Part shown: piece by piece, positions 10,590-22,800 of the stretch | Numbering within the stretch: position 1 is the stretch's first letter | How the letters are laid out: every line of letters starts with the position of its first letter | NCBI GenBank assembly: GCA_033442325.1 | Contig: JAWQFM010000013.1 | Location: forward strand, 1,406,448-1,431,918 | From: Salpingoeca rosetta | Lineage: Eukaryota; Protista; Choanoflagellata | Direction of reading: 5' to 3' | DNA length: 25,471 bases | The notes under the pieces: model-generated | Seen by the model: only the letters and a program-made list of their open reading frames with translations | Databases searched by the model: none | Told to the model about the DNA's origin: nothing | Program-made: the position numbers and the translations under genes

Positions 10590-13500
10590 ATGAGCACATG
10601 GACAATGGCGTGGCGGCGACGCGATGCGGCGCTGCTGGTCGCGGTTCTTGTGTGTGCCTGGAGCTGCCCCTCCCTCGGTGAACTGGATGGCCTGTACTAC
10701 GCCTGCTACGACACAAGCGCGGCTGGTTGCGTTTACCAAGGCTGTGTGTCCTTCAACAATGGCTCCGAGTGCCGCATTGCCGGGGATTCCGCTTCCTTCA
10801 AGCTAACCAAAGAGGAGAACGACGATTTCAGGCTGTTCGTGTACGGCACCATGGATTGTTCGGGCCCGGGCATGGAGGCTGGGCCGCTCCTCACCCTCGA
10901 CACATGCGTGGACTACGCGGGAACGATTGTGGCTCAGTTCTTTGGGTCACCTGGGCAGTTCACGCTGACTATGCGCAACAGCACATGCATTGACTGCGAG
11001 GCCGAGTGCAACCCGACCACGTGCGTGACTGGTCTTGCGTGTAAGGACAGAGATGGCTGTGGCGAGCTCAACGACTGGTCTGCATGCGAGAACGGCACCG
11101 CAGGATCCAAGTTCAGCAATCGAAAGTATTGTACGTCAAACGAAAGACTAGATGTGTGTGTGCGTGTGTGTGTGTGTGTGCGTGTGTGTGCGTGTGTGTG
11201 TGTGTGTGCGTGCGTGCGTGCATGAATGTACGTGAATGTGCGTGAATGTGCGTGAGTGTGTGTGTGTGCGTGTGTATGTGTGCCTTCAGTATTCGTGCGT
11301 GCTCGTATTTCATACCTGACACACTCGGTGAACACCGCACCATGCTGCACACATGCACACGCATACACCGGCTCAGGCCCTCTAGGATGGCACATGTGTG
11401 GTGATGGCTTCTGCACGGCTGACCCTGGGCTGTGTATCGAGCGCGGCGGTCACAATTACTCCAGCACCTCATGCAGCGTCACAGGTGTGCCAGTCAAACC
11501 CGAGTGTACAAATGCCCATGTCGATGATGTTTGTGCAAACGTGGAGCGTACGCACTGTCTCTGGACGTCGAACATGTACCCGTTGTTGCGCACGATTGTG
11601 TCTGTCGTATACAGTGCGCTTTGTTGTGCACGAACGTGCGTGTTCGTTGTTGTGTTCGGAGCACAGATGGGCGCCAAAAGGAGAACAGGGCAAACTGCTG
11701 CGTCATTTTGCTCGGCAACTCACCAGTGCCCTTCTCCCATGGCGCTTCGACCCGGCTTGTATGTTCGCACGCGCACACAAACAACAGCAATCGACCGCGT
11801 TGTGCTGTGTGATTTCCCCGCTCGCAGCAACTGCGAGTTTGACGCCGACACAACGCGATGCCGCACGCTGTCAATGCCATCCTGCTTCAACCTGAGCCCA
11901 TACCAGCTGCGCATCGCACCCAACGTGACTGCCCTTGCAGACGTGAACAGCGCCACTGAGTTCTCTGTCGGTTACTTCTCCGCACAGGCTGGCTGTGGCA
12001 TCACTCTCTACAGGGACTCCGACTACTTGGTGAGACGGCGAATGGGTGGAATACGTGGTGAGGATGGGGGGGGGGACGTGTGTGCGTGTGCGATTGTGTG
12101 TGCGTGTGCGATTGTGTGTGTGTGTGCATTTGTGAGAATGCATGTGCGACTGTGAAGGGGGTGCACTCGTCGATATGAACTGTCTTTCTTTGTGATTTTC
12201 GTGGACATCCTACTGTTCCTAATGGAAGGCGGTGCAACATGTCAGCCTACGTGTCGTACTTGTTCATTCCCTGACACAACTGCACCACATCTCACGCTGG
12301 CATCGCCGCAATGCTTGTTTCCCACGGCACCAACAGAACCTCCCTGTCAGCGAGGGCGAGTGTCACCAGCCGCCAGACATACCCCATCTTGACACCGAGT
12401 TTACCCGCGATGTTGCCATATTTAGAACGGATGCGGACTGCGTGAAGGCATGTGCTGAGGGCGGTAGCAAGTGCGACCACAGCTCTTGCCTTGACTTTCA
12501 GTCAGACACGTATCCCGTCAGTGCAACGACAGACGACTGCAAAGACCTGCGTACGCAAGTCCTGTGCGACGGGAAGGATGGCTGTGTTTGGATTGGGGCC
12601 GACTGGCTCGGGTGTGTTGACTCCGTGAACGCAGTCATGGGCCTGTCCTATGAGGTCACGTGTCTCTTCAGCAAGCTTGATCGGGAGGCGTGCGACATAT
12701 TCGGTGCGTGAGTGCAATCGGCAAATCGGCTTACTTATGAGATGCATGTGTGCTTGTATTGACAAGGTGTGCTGGCTGGCTGTCTTGAATGCACGCTTGC
12801 GTCATGTTTCTGAAGGAGGAGGAGGGTGGTGGAGGTGTGTGTGTGTGTGTGCATGCGTGCGTGCGTATGTGTGTGTGTGCATGCGTGCGTGCGTGCGTAT
12901 GTGTGTGTGGGTGTGTGGGTGGGTGTGGGTGGGTGTGGGTGGGTGTGTGGGTGGGTGTGGGTGGGTGTGTGCAAATTCGGCACCGCCACCTCACCTCCCC
13001 TACATCCACGGATCTTTCTTGCAGTGCTTGCCTCTTTCTTTTTCTCTCACGTTCACCACCTCATTCATGCCCGCGTTTGCAACCTCCCTGCTGTTTTGCT
13101 CGTCCGTCCAGTGCAATGCGAGTACGACGAGGAGAACAGCCGCTGCTTTGCACCAAACATCATTGAGGATGCAGGTGTGTCATTGTATTCTCGTGTCGTG
13201 CAAGTTACATATCTCTCACAGCGACACAACGTGTACCCCGAGCACGTGCGCCAATTCAAACAGTGGCAGGCATCAACTTTATGCTGTGATGTTCTATGTC
13301 TGTTCGCCCGCGTGTCTTCACCTGCTTAACATCGTCTCTGGGTCCTCCATCACACTGAACACACACACACACAATGACACGCACAAACACACACAATGAC
13401 ACGCACAAACACACACAACAGCAACTCGCACTTCACGGGACGTGCTCTGGCTGCAGTTCTCGGATGAGACAAAAGCCGATAGCGCCATCGACTCTTTCAA

Positions 13501-15063
13501 CCTGATTGTGAGAGCTCGAGCGAACACGACGAGTGTGACATGCAGAGGCACACATATTGGATGTTGCAAGGGCTGAGAGGGAGAAGAAGTTTCTTGGTCG
13601 GATCAAAGCGATGACTGTGCCTTCTTCACGTGTTCCACGTCACGATCACTTCCAACCATCTTCTCCTTGCCTGCATCCTAAATGCAGGACTTGGGTCAAG
13701 ATGGGCGGGTTGTCACCACCAATCGCATGACAGAGTACAACTTTGACAGCAACGGCGTGGTTGGGCAAGCTTTGGGGTTCGATGGCTGGAATTGGATCGA
13801 CATCTTGCCACCCCTTACAAACAGCACTGAGGTCATGCCACCCCTCACAAACAGTGCAGAACTCTGTACGTAGCGCAGCGAAACCATGTGTTTGCCCCTG
13901 TGTTTGCGTGTGTACTTATGTGCATGTGCATGTGCATGTGCATGTGAATTTGTGTGTGTGCATTTCTGCGCTTGCTGTTGCACGACTGCACTTGTGTGTA
14001 TGTATGGTTTGCGGGCGCGAGTGTGTCCCCCTGGGTGCTCACAGGTGTCTCATTGTCACCTGTTTGCAACACAACTGCAGTCACGCAGGTCCAATTCTTT
14101 GCCAAACCCGCCATTGAGATGAATGCACCTGAGAGTGGCACCACAACTGATTTGGCCAACGAGCCCATTCTCCTCCATCCGTCACAGAGCGACCTCCAAC
14201 AGAATCCAGAGGGAACGTTTGTCCTGTGAGTCACACGCGAAGGCGCAGAATAGAACCTGCACACTGCTAGACAGCTGAAGGCCACACGATACAGGCCTCA
14301 TTGCACCTGCACTGCATGAGAATTTTGCTGCCAACTCACCGCTGTCTCCGCTTGTCTTCCTGTGTGTGTGTGTGTGTGAGTGTGCTGTGTGTGTGTGTGT
14401 GTGTGTGTGCGTGTCTGGTGCTTGCGCGTTTATCGCTCTCTTACTCACTCACACACTCACTCACACACACACTCACACTCACACACAAACACTCGCACAA
14501 CCAGCGTGGCAGTGGGGCTGAATGGCGTTGCCGTGTACGACTGGACACCTGCTCAGCACACGTTCATCCGAATTTTGCACGTGAACACGGCAATCCAGGG
14601 GTGGACGTCAATCACCGTCCAGATCCTGCGCCAGAGGTGAGCTTACGACCATGTTCCTGTTTCGTCTGCCTCGACACAGCAGCTGCACGTGGCTAACTGT
14701 GTGTGCGTGAATGGAGGCGCGAGCGTGGAGTTGCGATCGTACACGAGTTGTGCATGTGTGTGTTGATGTGAAGATGTTCGTCGAGGGCAAGGTTAGATTT
14801 CGTGAGCGCACCACCGAGCTTTGAGAGCGCAAGCGCTCATGACACTTCACGTGTCATCATTTTCAGGTCTGGTCAGATTGTTGTGGATGCAGATAGGAAC
14901 AAGATGCACAGGGTCTCCAATCTGCTTCCCTCACGATCACGGCTCTTTCCGTTTTCACACATCGGCGGCTCTCCAACGGGTAAGACGAGAGTGCGTGAAT
15001 GTGTGTGTGTGTGTGCGTGCGTGCGCGAGTGTGTGTGTGTGTGCATGTGCGTGTGTGTGTGAG

Positions 15064-15095
<32 letters not shown>

Positions 15096-16278
15096 TGAGT
15101 GCGTGCGTGTATGTGTGCATGTCTGGTTTTGCGAGCGTTGTTTCACATGCAAGCAGACGTGCGCATGCGACCGCATGACTGCTCTCTTGTGCCCGCTTCA
15201 TTCACCAAGACAATAACATGCCTTGCTTGCACATTCAGGCCTGCTGGGATCGTATGTAGGTGGCCTCGATGAGATGATTGTGTTTGTGCTGGACCATGAG
15301 GCCACGACGCCGACACTGGAACAGATGTTTCTCCTCACGCAACTCCATCGCAACCTTCAAGTGGATATCCGTAAGTGCAGAGCCATCGATGAAAAGCGTT
15401 GCGTTTGCGTAGGTGTACGCATGTACATGTATGTGTTTGTATGCATGTATTTGTGTGCATGTATGCGCGCACGTGCGCGTTTGTGTTTGTTTGTGTGTTG
15501 TGAGTGTATTAGTTCATGCTTGTCCGTGAACAGCTGGAACTCAGTGCGTGCATGTTGTGCATACTGCTGTGCAAGACTCTTGTTGCTGTTCTTGTTCACC
15601 CTGTTTCATCATGCATGGCTGCTGTGCGTACCTGTTGACAGTGTGCTTCCTGTCATACGATGCCGAGACTGTGTTGCGCGTTGTTGCAAACACGGCCGTC
15701 AGCCTTGCACTTCCAACCATGGCTGCAAATCCAGATGCAATCGACGTGAACACTGACCAGGTACGCCGCACTCAGGGTTGGGGCTGGGATAGCAAGCATG
15801 GTGGTGTAGCAAGCGAAAAAGACACACACACACATTTATACTTCCTGTGTTTTGGCCACTCCTGCTGTTCCTTCTTCTTCTGCTGTTGCTGTTGTTGTGG
15901 CTCGTTCTGTTGTTCCTGTTGCTGCTGCTGTTGATGCTTGCACACTCACCACCTCAGCCTTTCGTTTGCCGACGTTATGTGTGTGTGTGTGTGTGTGCGT
16001 GTGTGTCTTAGCCCTTTGAGTATGAGCTGCTTGGTGGCGATTTTCCTACGGGCGCCATCACGCTCGCAAAGAACGATGACGGTGTCTCTGTCATTGTAGC
16101 CAACTTTGCAGACACAGGTGTGTGTGTGATTGCATGCATCTATACATGTGTGCATGTGTGTGTGCGTGCGTGTGTTCATGTGTACGCGTGCGCGTGTATC
16201 TGTTGTTCGTGTGAACTTGTGTGTCTGTGCATGTGATGATGATGATGATGATGATGATGATGACGATGATGATGATGA

Positions 16279-16309
<31 letters not shown>

Positions 16310-18338
16310 GATGGTGGTGGTGGTGGTGGTGGTGGTGGTGGTGTGTGAGGATAATTATGGCTATCGTGCCTGACCCTAACTCTCACTACCGATGGCCCAG
16401 GAACGTACACATTTGAGCTGACGGCGACTGGTGTCGACGACTCAAGTTGTGTGGCAAGCAACAAGTTTTCGGTTGAAGTTCTGCCCCCGGTGAGTTTAGG
16501 TGGAATGTGAATGTGGCAACAGTTGTGACCGAACACCGTGTGCTCTTTATTGTCAATGGTAGCGGGTTTTCGTTGGGAGTATCTGAGTTGACCGTGGCCT
16601 GGATGGACACGCAGCACGTGCTCACGAGTACCGCTCTCCGACTCACACACTGGCCAACGCGACGTTCACACACGCACACACACACACACACGCACACTTG
16701 CGCATGTGTACACACCAGTTGGCTGCGCAGGTCACAGGACTCGAGGTCCCAGTGCGCGCAACAACGCGCGCTTACATGCGCAAGACCATGGAACTGGAGG
16801 TGACGGGAGGAACGGGCGAGTACAGCGTCGAGCTCACCGGTGAGCTTGCGAGTGTCTGAAAATACTGCTGTAAACACCAGGGGGCACTGTTCTAGCAGCG
16901 TTTATTCTGTTGTTGGCGAAGGACTTCTGCGTCGCGTCACACACACACACATACAAGCGCGCGCACGCGCACGCACACACATACACGCGTGTGTACGTCC
17001 CGTTTGTGCACGCATGCATATGCGTACAGCACGCCCCTCACAGCTTGCACACGCTTCAATGCTTCACCGCTTCACTTAACATATGCTGACACCGACACCT
17101 TTCCTCAATCAACTTATCGACAATGCGTGCCATCCTCAGAGCCGAGTATGGACCTGTTCTTTGAGTACCACAATGGCGAGGAGTCTGTGCTGTCTGGCGT
17201 GCCCTCTGAGCCCGCCGTCATGAATCTACAGCTGCGCGTTGTTGACAACGGCGTCAGCGCAGAGGACACGTTGGAAGTGCGCATCACCATCCCAATTGAG
17301 ATTGCTCCGCCCCTTGTGCGGGAGGCAAAGCAAGAGCAGGTACGCATGCAAGAGGTTGCTGCTGGCAAGCGAGCCATGTGTGTTAGTGTGTGTTAGTGTG
17401 TGTGTGTGTGTCTGCGTGTGTGAACACGTGTGTGTGTGTTAGTGTGTGTGTGTGTCTGCGTGTGTGAACACGTGTGTGTGTGCGTGTGTTAGTGTGTGTG
17501 TGTGTGTGTGCGCGCGCTTGTGTGGGAGTGCGTGAGGGTGCGCGGGCGTGTCTGCGTGTGTATGTCTGCTTTCCCCAATCACACCGTGTTTGAACCACCA
17601 CCACCACCACCACCACCACCACCACCACACCACCATTATATTTCTTAGATCACGGCAGCGTATGACGTGTCTTTCCCGCTTCCGCTGGTCTCCGGGGGTG
17701 TGCCGTTGACTGGGAATTCGTCTCTCCCTTACGCCATTCTGTTTGAGATTGACAAGCCGCAAACTGTACGTTTGAGCATTTTACGCACGCACATGCACAC
17801 TTGCGCACTTGCACTTGCACCCACTCAGCAACCTTCGATTGCTGATGCCATGCATTTGTTTCAGCTCACTTGCTTGCACTCACACATGCACTCCTTCTCT
17901 CTCCGACATGCGTGGGTGCCGGTGGCCCCTGCCAGCTGCAAGCGACCATCAACGATGATGGCAAAACGTACACAGTGCTTGCGACAGAGGGTGGCAGTGG
18001 CAGCGTCAATGTTGTCGTTCGGGACGTTGTTGGTGCCGAGCAGTACGAGCAGGTTCGCATCCTTCGTGCGTGCGTTGTTGGGGGAAAGGGTGGTTGAGGA
18101 GAAATGCATGTATTGTGCATTGTGCATTGTGTGGAATTGTGGCATCTTCATCTGCGTGTAGCTGTGCCACCGTTACCTCAAGCCAGTGGTTGCTTCAATC
18201 AGCACACTCTTCTTGTTACCCTCACATGCACTTGTGCTGTGTGTGCGTGTATGTGTGTATGTGTTTGTGTGTGTATGTGTGTGTGTTGCCCGTTTGCTTG
18301 TTTGTTTGTTTGCTTGTTTGTTTGTTTGTTTGTTTGCT

Positions 18339-18392
<54 letters not shown>

Positions 18393-19829
18393 GCTTGTTC
18401 TTTGCTTGCCAGGTCGACTTTGACATTGCGCCGCCGCTTCAAGTGGTGAATGCGACCAGCGATATGAAAATCATCCAGGGTCGCGTCTCTGTTGCCATTG
18501 AGCCCTGTGGCCCTTACAAGGTTGTTGGCGGCCGAGGCGACATCTCCTTCAAACTCGAACCAAAGCCAAGCGGTAGGACATGCTATCACACACACACACA
18601 CACACACATCCACATACATCTAGTGCAAATCGTGCGAGTACTATCAGTAGAGCTCACGACACAGCTGCCTCCGCTTGCAATGCTTGGCGTGATATGTTTT
18701 CCCGCGTCTACTGCACTTACCATCATCATGCTCCTCGTTGCTGTACTGAAACCACTGGTGAATCGTGTGTGTGTGTGTGTATGTGTGTGTGTGTGTGTGT
18801 CTGTGTGGACTGGGTTTAGGGTTGAATGTGACCGTGGACAGTCCAAGGGCGGCCACAGTCGTGGGCACGCCAACAGAGGAGATTTCCCAGGCGCAGACCT
18901 TCCAGCTCATTGCAACGGATGAAAACGATGCCAGGATCGGTGAGAACGCGTGCGTGCTTGCGTGTGTGTATGTGTGGTGAAAAGGAGGCAAACAGAGGGC
19001 ATAGTTTTGTGCACATGTGGCTGCTTGTGAGCGCGTGTGTTTGACTGTGTACAAAGGTGTTGAAGGTTGCAGTGTTGCCATGATCATGGGTTGTTCATGA
19101 GCATTGAAATGCCCAATCCTCGCCTGTTGTATCGCTAGTTGTGCACCAGTTTCAGATCACAGCGGTCCCGCAGGCGTCGCGCTCGTGGGCTCAACGGCCA
19201 GAGGGTATTGCCACCACCGTGATTGTGTGCGTGTGCATCTTCCTGCTGGCCGTCATCTTCTATCAATTCCGCTAGTACGTACGACCAGCAGCGGCCTGGC
19301 GCGCGCGCGCGCGTGTGTGTGAGATTTACTCTGCTGATTTTCTCTCGTGACACTATAGTCCTCGCATCCATCATGCACGCACATCTATACATGCACACAC
19401 ACAAAATATGAACACAAACACTTGTGGATGTGCTCACACACTCACACTCACACTCACACACGTACACACACACACACACACACAAACATTCACTCACACG
19501 CACACTCACGCACACGCACACTCACGCACACGCACACTCACGCACACTCACACATACATCAGTGGCAAGACGCTGGAGGCGCACGACTTTGCGCCGGACG
19601 TGGCGAAGCTGATGAGTGACGGTGTGATCAATGCAGCCAACGCAGCGGACATTGTGTACCCGAAGGAGCTGAAGCGTGACGCCATTCAGCGGGTGGAGGA
19701 GCTTGGCCGCGGCGAGTTTGGTGTTGTCGAGAAGGGCGTGTTCAAGAGCGAGACCGTCCCCAGCTACCCGGTCGCCGTCAAGGTGAGGTGGCGTCGATGA
19801 GCAGTAAGACGACGTGGGGGCGGTGCTGA

Positions 19830-19897
<68 letters not shown>

Positions 19898-22800
19898 GCA
19901 TGGGCATGCGCCGCGCAGTGTGTTGGAGTGTATATCGTCGTGGTGGCAAGCGTTGTGTGCCTGCCTTGGTGCCAGGACAGCCTTGATTGTGTTTGCTTTG
20001 GGCTATGACGTGGCTTAAGACCTCTCCTCATTGCGACATATGTGTTTCCCATGCTGGGCCAACGTATGCAGGTGTTCCGGTCTGCGCCTGACAGGGACGC
20101 GGAGGCGGCAAAGAACGCTCTCTTGGCCGAAGCCCTCATCATGGTGAGCGAGCAACAATTTGCACTCGTTGTTCTGGTTTCGGCACAAGTTGGTTTCCAG
20201 AGCTCACTGAATGCAGTGTCCTTCTTCTGATGAGTCGCCGTGGATGCACATGAGACAAGGCTGACGAAGCCGAATCACAATGCTTCCGCCCTCTCCCTCT
20301 TCACAATACCTCCCCTCTCTCACGTTCGCCTCTGTTGTGCGGCCTTGCTTGCGCACTGCTCTCTACAGGCCCAGTTTGAGCACGAAAATGTCATGGCAAT
20401 TGTTGGCGTCGTGACCCGCTCTGAACCCGTCATGGTCGTGCTGGCTTACTGGTCAGATGTATGATTTGCTTGCTCGCTGGGCCTGGTTCATTATCCTGCG
20501 TTATTGGTGTGTGCTTTGTGCATGATTTGTACGTGGCATGAAGTCACGCTTACGTCCAAGCACGTCGTTGTGCATGTGTGGGCACCGCTGCCTCGCTCAA
20601 ACTGACAAACACACACACACACACACACATCTCTGCACGCACGTGCCGCCATGCACACGTGCATGCACGGTTGCATTCATGTCACGATTACCGCGGCATT
20701 TTTGACACCACAAACAGCGAGCACGGGTCGCTCGAGAGCTTCTTGAAGAAGCGCCAAGGCTTTGACCGCCTCATCATGGCATCCAGATTCCACATTGCAT
20801 GGGAAATTGCAAAAGGTATGTGTATGTGTGCGTGCGTGCGTGTGTGTGTGCGTGTGTGTGCGTGTGTGTGTCGTGGATTGTGCCACGATTGCCGATGTAT
20901 CCTAAGACCCGCGTGTTTGCCGAAGACATCATATGACCTGGTTCTACTCATGCATGTCAAACTCACGCCACGTCAACGCGCTCTCGTCCTGCACACCAAC
21001 TCCACTGCCACAGGTGCTGAGTATCTGATTAGCAAAGGGTTTGTGCATCGGGATCTTGCGGCGCGAAACGTGCTGGTGTCGAGCAACTACACCTGCTGCA
21101 TATCCGACTTTGGCCTGGCACGGCAAATGGAGGTGTGTGCTGCTCGTGGGCAAGGCTGGGGTGTTGAGTGGTTGAAGGGCTGTGCTTGGGGCACTGACTT
21201 GTCATGGCTTCTTTGGGTGCAAGTGTGTTTATTTGTGGCGCGTGGTTCTGCTGCACGGGGCGTATGTCGCCTGGTCCCGTATCAGACTTGCACATTTGCT
21301 GATGCGTGCTGTTGCACATCTGCGCCTTGCTTGTGATACTGTGTCAACTCCAGTCGGCGCGCTATGTGGCGAAGGATGATATGAAGCGGCCGGTATGTAC
21401 TCAAAGAGGGCATGCATGTGTGTGTGTGTATGTGTAAGGGTGTGTGGGTGTGGGTGGGGGTGTGGGTGGGGGTGTGGGTGGGGGTGTGGGGGTGTGGGGG
21501 TGTGGGTGTGTGGAAGACAGAAACCGCTCGGATTGTGCACGAAACACAGGCACATCAGAGGCCGCATTCACCAATTCACCCGCTGCATGTTCGCGCATGT
21601 GCTGACGTGTGTGTGTGTGTACTCTCGTCAGGTCCGATGGCTGGCGCCCGAAGCAATGGCAGAGCACGTGTACTCTGAGGCATCTGACGTGTGGTGAGTG
21701 AGCAAGGCGTGTGCAATGTTGGTTGACAAGACACAGCCAGGCAAATGTTGTTTGTTCATGGCAACCAGCAGGGCTGCGTATCCTTGAATACACGCACGCG
21801 CACATGCACATGCACATGCATATACACATGCACAGGCACATGTACGTACACATGCACATGCACATGTACGTACACATGCACATGCACATGTACATATACA
21901 TCCCAACACATTGCTCGATCCTAGCCCCAAGCCTCATCCACTTCTCAACAAAACGTGTGGCCATCCGGGGTGCAATGCAGGGCGTTTGGTATCCTGCTGT
22001 ACGGTGCGTTGAGGACGATGTCGTGCTCGCCAGTATATTGCTGACTGCATGTGATTGTGAGAGATCATGTGTTTGAGTTTCTCGAACGCCTGCTGCAAGC
22101 AGGAACAATCTGATCTTCCTTGTCGTGCTAACGTATGAACTCACTGCAATGGTCTTCGATGATTTTTGCATGTGTTGACGGCACCAGAGATCTTCACTGA
22201 CGCAGACCTGCCCTACAAAGGGATGACGCTGGCGGAAGTCATCGAATATGTACGTGGCGCCGGCAAGGGTGCGAGAGTCGAATGCTCCATCAGGCGTGTA
22301 CGTGAATGTGTGCACGTTCATTTCTTGGTTGACCCTCATCAAACGCACACACGCACACAACGCTCAATCACACAATCACACAATCACACAATCACACAAC
22401 CACACGCGCATAGAATCACACATACTCACATACACAAACATGCTTCGCCGACGCCACACATTCCCCTCGTGCCTGACAGGTGCGCAAGGGCGGCAAGCTT
22501 GCCCGCCCGCCGGTCCTGACTGCGCAGCGGTATGCGCAGTTGATGCGCCCCTGCTTTGAGCTCAAGCCCGAGGATCGGCCGACGTTTGCCACGCTCGTGC
22601 AACTCCTGGACAGTTGTCGTCGTGAGGAGCTCGACTTTGTCAGTGATGTTGCGGAGCGAGCATGCCTGTCTTATAATGTTTGCGTGCGCTTGTATTCGTG
22701 TGCGCTTGTGTGCCTTTGTATACATGTGTGTGTTCGTATTTGTGTGAGGTTGTATGCCTTTGCGCCTGTGTGTCTGTCTGTGTGTCTGTCTGTGTGTGTG

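Larger units (their letters stand above)
15642..19170 (+). other. Four tandem ~95-105 aa Ig-like repeats resembling putative Ig (He_PIG) / dystroglycan-type cadherin-like modules
   Basis: Recurrent motifs: [11 protein letters not shown]…[10 protein letters not shown]…VEVLPP; VTGGTGEYS…LSGVPSE…LQLRVVD…IEIAPPL; VSGGVP…PY…VNVVVRD…FDIAPPL; [10 protein letters not shown]…PSGLNV…VVGTPT…TFQLIATD…FQITAVP. Confidence 0.6.
19690..22612 (+). other. Protein tyrosine kinase catalytic domain of the RTK (spread over 10 exons)
   Basis: Gly-rich loop GRGEFG, beta3 Lys (VAVK), alphaC Glu (LLAEALIM), TK-diagnostic catalytic loop [12 protein letters not shown]+1 loop PVRW, APE, SDVWAFG and RPTF. All catalytic residues are present. 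Confidence 0.95.

Noticed and set aside
11130-11388. In-frame TGA at the exon 1/2 junction suggesting selenocysteine or a pseudogene
   Set aside because: An upstream CAG acceptor at 11376 gives a normal Cys codon and an intact frame.
16130-16348. Poly-Asp/poly-Gly ORF
   Set aside because: Intronic trinucleotide repeat. The flanking exons join in phase without it (…NFADT-G-TYTF…).
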